64,000 nucleotides of DNA from Oscillospiraceae bacterium (GTDB lineage: Bacteria; Bacillota; Clostridia; Oscillospirales; Oscillospiraceae), in NCBI GenBank assembly GCA_009782435.1, contig WRJA01000002.1, positions 9,180-73,179 on the forward strand. Reading direction: 5' to 3'. Of this stretch, positions 60,016 through 64,000 are shown piece by piece (the first letter of the stretch is position 1; each line of letters opens with the position of its first letter). The notes beneath the pieces are model-generated. The model was given only the letters and a program-made list of their open reading frames with translations. It was not told the DNA's origin and ran no database searches. A program made the position numbers and the translations under genes.

Positions 60016-61159
60016 AGCGGCGCAGGAATTTGAGCAGAAAAGCTTCGAATTTTTCATCCGTATCAAGGCCGGCAAGGTACATGTCTATCGTTTCCGACTG
60101 CTGCCGGCTCAAAAAGTCCAGATCACCGGGCGATCTGAGCATGCCCATTCGCCGGGCTAATTGATATCTGCGCCTGTCCGATGCGCCGAGATTCTCAAAG
60201 GCATTGAATACCGAGAGCATCTTTTCTTTGTCGGTTTTCATGTTCCCGTTTACGTTTTCAAACAAATTGACGATATGATCACTGAATAAATGACCGGTAG
60301 CGCCATGTATGCACTGTATCATTTTTTTCAGTTCAAGCATCTTCTCCGCGTCAGTGCATTCTTTTATACGGCCGGCTTCGATATCCTCAAACAGACCGGT
60401 CCCCGGCAATGAAATAAAAGTTCTTATCCTGACAAAATCCGGATCGATCTTGTTTATCGTGTCAGCCGTTTCCTCAGCGTTTTCCTCGGAAAAGTCCTTG
60501 CCGCCCGCTCCCGGCATATAATATACGGAAAGCTCAATGCCGGAAGCTTTGATTTTTTGTCCGGCTTCTGTTTCCTGAGCTTTTGTATAGCCCTTGCTTA
60601 TCAAGGTCAATACATTGTCGGAACCGGACTCGAAGCCGGAGTGTATACGGTCCAGCCCCGCTTCTTTTAAAACCTTGAATTGCTCCACGGAGAATTTGTT
60701 CAAAGAATCGACCCGGCCGTATGAGGTGACTCTTTTAACATGCGGCAGCTTCTCCCTCAGATAAACAAGTATCTGACACAATTTATCAAATGTCAGTACC
60801 ATCGCGTTAGCGTCCTGAAGAAAAACGGATTCTTCGCCGCTTGCCATCCATTGAATTATGTAAAAATACCTTTGTATCGTTTCTTCCGGTAAACCGGTCA
60901 ATTTTTCTCTGATCATGTAAGGCTCATACGAAACGGCGTCGCGTGACATTTCAAGTATATCATTTCTGATTGCAGCCACTTGGTCTATGTCTGCTTTTAT
61001 TTCGTCGACGGAACGCGTGCTGAATTTCTGTTTTTTGTATAATTTGCAGAACTTGCACTTGTTCCACGGGCAATTGCGCGTTATGCGCAAAAGCAGGCTC
61101 TCCGCCTCGCTGGGGGGCCTTATCGGTCCGATTTCAAATGCATTTGACGTATTTGTCAT
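60008..61159 (-). CDS. Radical SAM domain protein of unknown function (cluster motif CPWNKCKFC)
   Basis: 383 aa. GPIRPPSEAESLLLRITRNCPWNKCKFC at the N-terminus, a GGE-like SGEESVFLQDAN motif and TIM-barrel-like periodicity. No C-terminal SPASM/twitch Cys cluster. Confidence 0.7.
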   Translation of the reverse strand: MTNTSNAFEIGPIRPPSEAESLLLRITRNCPWNKCKFCKLYKKQKFSTRSVDEIKADIDQVAAIRNDILEMSRDAVSYEPYMIREKLTGLPEETIQRYFYIIQWMASGEESVFLQDANAMVLTFDKLCQILVYLREKLPHVKRVTSYGRVDSLNKFSVEQFKVLKEAGLDRIHSGFESGSDNVLTLISKGYTKAQETEAGQKIKASGIELSVYYMPGAGGKDFSEENAEETADTINKIDPDFVRIRTFISLPGTGLFEDIEAGRIKECTDAEKMLELKKMIQCIHGATGHLFSDHIVNLFENVNGNMKTDKEKMLSVFNAFENLGASDRRRYQLARRMGMLRSPGDLDFLSRQQSETIDMYLAGLDTDEKFEAFLLKFLRRYV

Positions 61160-61337
61160 ATCATATCGCTCTCCGAATTTATTCAGCGAAACTTAATGAA
61201 CGGCGTCGTTCCTGTTCGCCGAGTGTTAGTATAACGCTTTTTCCTGTAATCAACAAGCCCCGGACCGAATAATTCATAAAATCACCGAAAACTGATTTAA
61301 ACCGCTGATGTATATGCTGTCGATGCGCCTCGGTGTA

Positions 61338-61366
61338 TTGACAACAAGCAATATCCGGGATATCAT
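61338..61366 (+). promoter_or_regulatory. Putative sigma-A promoter of fhs
   Basis: TTGACA (61338-61343), 17-nt spacer, TATCAT (61361-61366). Confidence 0.5.
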
Positions 61367-61368
61367 CA

Positions 61369-61404
61369 AAAACGGAACGCGGGGTCATGGCCGCATTCCG
61401 TTTT
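61369..61404. promoter_or_regulatory. Strong hairpin in the fhs leader (13 of 14 positions paired, U/A-flanked)
   Basis: AAAACGGAACGCGG-ggtcatgg-CCGCATTCCGTTTT lies immediately after the -10 box and 30 nt before SD AAGGAG. Confidence 0.5.
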
Positions 61405-61445
61405 GTTATACCTGAGTCCGGCAGATTAAAAATAAGGAGCGGACC

Positions 61446-63122
61446 GTGAAAATGAAAACTGACATTGAGATCGCGCAGAACGCAGAGCTTTTGCACATAA
61501 ATGAGATCGCGGATATAATCGACGCGCCGCAAGAGTTTATTGAACAATACGGTAGCTGTAAAGCGAAGATCGATATCAAACTGCTTGAAAAAATGAAAAA
61601 CGACCCTGACGGGAAACTGGTTCTTGTGACGGCAATAACGCCGACTCCCGCAGGCGAGGGAAAAACGACGACAACAGTGGGGTTGGGAGACGCATTGCGC
61701 CGTATCGGGAAAAAATCAATCGTGGCGCTGCGAGAACCTTCACTCGGGCCGGTATTCGGAGTAAAAGGCGGAGCAGCCGGCGGCGGATATGCCCAAGTAG
61801 TTCCGATGGAGGATATTAATCTGCACTTTACCGGGGATTTCCACGCTGTCGGAGCGGCTGACAATCTTTTGGCGGCTATGCTGGATAACCACATTTATCA
61901 GGGTAATACTCTGAAACTTGACCCGAGGCGCGTTACATGGAAACGCGCCGTAGATATGAATGACCGGCAACTGCGAAGCATAACGGACGGATTGGGCGGA
62001 CGAGTAAACGGAGTTCCGCGGGAGGACGGGTTTGAAATTACCGTGGCGAGTGAAGTCATGGCTGTTCTTTGCCTCTCAAATGATCTTATCGACCTGAAAG
62101 AACGACTCTCTCGTATTATTGTTGGTTATACATACGACGAAAAACCTGTGACAGCCGGTGAACTGAAGGCTCACGGGGCTATGACAGCCCTTTTGAAAGA
62201 TGCGATGAAACCGAATTTGGTGCAGACACTGGAACACACGCCTGCTTTCATACACGGCGGACCTTTCGCGAATATTGCGCACGGATGCAACTCTTTGGCG
62301 GCTACTCGGCTTGCGCTTAAGTTAGGTGAATACTGTGTTACAGAGGCCGGTTTCGGAGCGGATCTGGGCGCCGAAAAATTCACTGATATCAAATGCCGAA
62401 TATCGGGGCTAAGGCCGGACGCGGCTGTCATCGTGGCTTCCGTCCGAGCGCTGAAGCATCACGGAGGTGTTTCGAAGGAAGATCTCGTAAAAGAGAATGC
62501 CGCCGCTCTTGAAAAAGGTATTCCGAACCTGCTCCGGCATGTTGATAATGTGACGAAGCTGTACGGGATACCGGCAGTGGTCGCTGTAAACCGCTTCCCC
62601 GCGGACAGTGAAGCGGAACTTGCCTTTATTGAGAAAAAGTGCGGGGAACTGGGCGTCAATACAGTCATTTCAGAGGTTTGGAGCAAGGGCGGCGCAGGAG
62701 GCGAAGCTCTTGCAAAAGAAGTTGTGCGTTTGTGCGAAGAAAAAAACAGCTTTTCGTTTGTTTACCCTGAGGATATGAGCATCAAAGAGAAAATCGAAGC
62801 AATAGCGACAAAGGTTTACAGAGCGGACGGCGCGGAGCTTACCGGCGGTGCACTGAAACAGCTTTCCGGGCTTGAGGAGCTCGGTTTCGGGAAGTTACCT
62901 GTTTGTATGGCAAAAACACAGTACAGCTTTTCCGACAACGCAGCTTTGACCGGAGCGCCGACCGGCTTTAAAATTACTGTCAGAAATCTGAAAGTATGCG
63001 CCGGCGCCGGTTTCGTCGTAGCTTTAACAGGAGATGTGATGACAATGCCCGGGCTTCCGGGCGCTCCCGCGGCGGAAAAGATCGACGTTGACGCCGCAGG
63101 GCGGATTTCAGGATTATTTTAA
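61446..63122 (+). CDS. fhs: Formate--tetrahydrofolate ligase
   Basis: 558 aa. KTDIEIAQ N-terminus and P-loop region [16 protein letters not shown]. The start is GTG 61446 or ATG 61452. Confidence 0.95.
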   Translation: MKMKTDIEIAQNAELLHINEIADIIDAPQEFIEQYGSCKAKIDIKLLEKMKNDPDGKLVLVTAITPTPAGEGKTTTTVGLGDALRRIGKKSIVALREPSLGPVFGVKGGAAGGGYAQVVPMEDINLHFTGDFHAVGAADNLLAAMLDNHIYQGNTLKLDPRRVTWKRAVDMNDRQLRSITDGLGGRVNGVPREDGFEITVASEVMAVLCLSNDLIDLKERLSRIIVGYTYDEKPVTAGELKAHGAMTALLKDAMKPNLVQTLEHTPAFIHGGPFANIAHGCNSLAATRLALKLGEYCVTEAGFGADLGAEKFTDIKCRISGLRPDAAVIVASVRALKHHGGVSKEDLVKENAAALEKGIPNLLRHVDNVTKLYGIPAVVAVNRFPADSEAELAFIEKKCGELGVNTVISEVWSKGGAGGEALAKEVVRLCEEKNSFSFVYPEDMSIKEKIEAIATKVYRADGAELTGGALKQLSGLEELGFGKLPVCMAKTQYSFSDNAALTGAPTGFKITVRNLKVCAGAGFVVALTGDVMTMPGLPGAPAAEKIDVDAAGRISGLF

Positions 63123-63134
63123 GGAGGTCAAGAC

Positions 63135-63992
63135 TTGGCCGAATTATTAAAAGGCGCTCCGGTAGCGGCTTCTGTCACAGAACGACTGAAAGCAAAAACA
63201 GCTGACCTGAAATCCCTCGGCGTCACACCGTGTCTTTTTGTTGCGAGAGCGGGCGCGCGGGAAGCTGATATCGCATACGAAAAAAGTTTGGAAAAACGCT
63301 GCGAGAGTATCGGGATATCATTGTGTAAAGAAGTATTCCCGGCTGATGTTTCAAAAGAGAAGTTTCGGGCGTCTTTATATGCGGCGGGGGAGAACAAAAA
63401 CGTACACGGGGTACTCTTGTTTCGTCCGCTGCCGGAGCATTTGAATGAGAAAGATATCTTTGAGGCCGTGCGTCCGGAAAAAGATGTGGACGGAATAACG
63501 GCGAGGAGTATGGCGGGAGTGTTTTCCGGCGACTTTTCCGGATTCCCGCCCTGCACGGCGCAAGCATGTATGGAGATTTTGAAGCACTATGACATTAAGC
63601 TTGCAGGCGCTCGGGTAACTGTTGCAGGACGCAGCCTTGTAACAGGCAAACCGTTGGCCTTGATGCTTATGAGGGAAAATGCCACCGTCACCGTTTGCCA
63701 CACTCAAACGAGGGATTTGGCGGCGGAGTGCAGGAGAGCCGATGTGCTGGTGGTTGCGGCGGGGAAAAAGAATACAGTGGGTGTTGAACACTTATCACCG
63801 GGGCAGATCGTTATCGACGTTGGGATAAATACGGATGAAAAGGGGAGTATTTGCGGTGACGTCGATTTTGAAGCCGCCTGCTCGATCGTGAGCGCCGTTA
63901 CGCCTGTGCCCGGCGGAGTGGGCTCCGTAACGACTGCGGTGCTTGCGGCGCATACGACAGAGGCGGCATGCCGAGCAGCGGGAATCATGTAA
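63135..63992 (+). CDS. folD: Bifunctional methylenetetrahydrofolate dehydrogenase/methenyltetrahydrofolate cyclohydrolase
   Basis: 285 aa. GVLLFRPLPEHL, PCTAQACMEIL, GRSLVTGKPLALML and PVPGGVGSVTTAVL motifs. TTG start 7 nt after SD AAGGAGG. Confidence 0.9.
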   Translation: MAELLKGAPVAASVTERLKAKTADLKSLGVTPCLFVARAGAREADIAYEKSLEKRCESIGISLCKEVFPADVSKEKFRASLYAAGENKNVHGVLLFRPLPEHLNEKDIFEAVRPEKDVDGITARSMAGVFSGDFSGFPPCTAQACMEILKHYDIKLAGARVTVAGRSLVTGKPLALMLMRENATVTVCHTQTRDLAAECRRADVLVVAAGKKNTVGVEHLSPGQIVIDVGINTDEKGSICGDVDFEAACSIVSAVTPVPGGVGSVTTAVLAAHTTEAACRAAGIM

Positions 63993-64000
63993 AAAATATA

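Noticed and set aside
61160-61445. ZTP (pfl-motif) or THF riboswitch upstream of fhs
   Set aside because: I looked for the conserved cores (for example CCGCCTGGGC for ZTP) on the plus strand and did not see them. The transcribed leader after the best promoter is only about 70 nt. A covariance-model scan would be decisive.
61179-61547. 122-aa minus-strand ORF spanning the rSAM/fhs intergenic region
   Set aside because: It overlaps the fhs start, SD and promoter on the opposite strand. It has no SD and no motifs.

Overview
This is a 64-kb chromosomal window that looks like a Firmicutes/Clostridia genome. The evidence is the hprK-murB-rapZ-yvcK-whiA-dnaE block, a T-box leader, Mini-RNase III, RqcH and lipobox lipoproteins. 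GC is roughly 50% by eye. I call about 50 protein genes and one tRNA-Arg(CCU). I see no rRNA, CRISPR array, transposase, integrase or phage genes. All family calls come from motif and architecture recognition by eye; no searches were run.

Most of the window is housekeeping: pgi, serC-serA, mtaB, nifS-like, prfA, ftsK, uppP and fhs-folD.

Stretches that look accessory or unusual:
1. 1-8341: a sugar-type ABC importer, a 2-enoate-reductase-like flavoprotein and a stand-alone molybdopterin enzyme resembling the pyrogallol transhydroxylase large subunit, with no Fe-S partner gene.
2. 16.7-18.7 kb: an AT-richer islet after dnaE holding a lipoprotein, an orphan RHS-core tip and a tiny P-loop protein.
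3. 37.35-44 kb: tRNA-Arg, then an alkyltransferase-like gene, a degenerate copy of the tRNA 3' half, and an MCP / FIST / hybrid histidine kinase module flanked by large non-coding gaps.
4. 46.0-47.2 kb: a TsaC-CoaE fusion ORF.
5. 56.5 kb: the Mini-III gene, whose good SD+ATG is out of frame with the catalytic domain across a T7 run.
6. 58.7-61.2 kb: a radical-SAM gene with a Cx4Cx2C motif, overlapping an OFA-type MFS transporter gene and divergent from fhs-folD.

I found no compelling complete novel system such as a defence island. The candidates above are ranked by interest in the findings.
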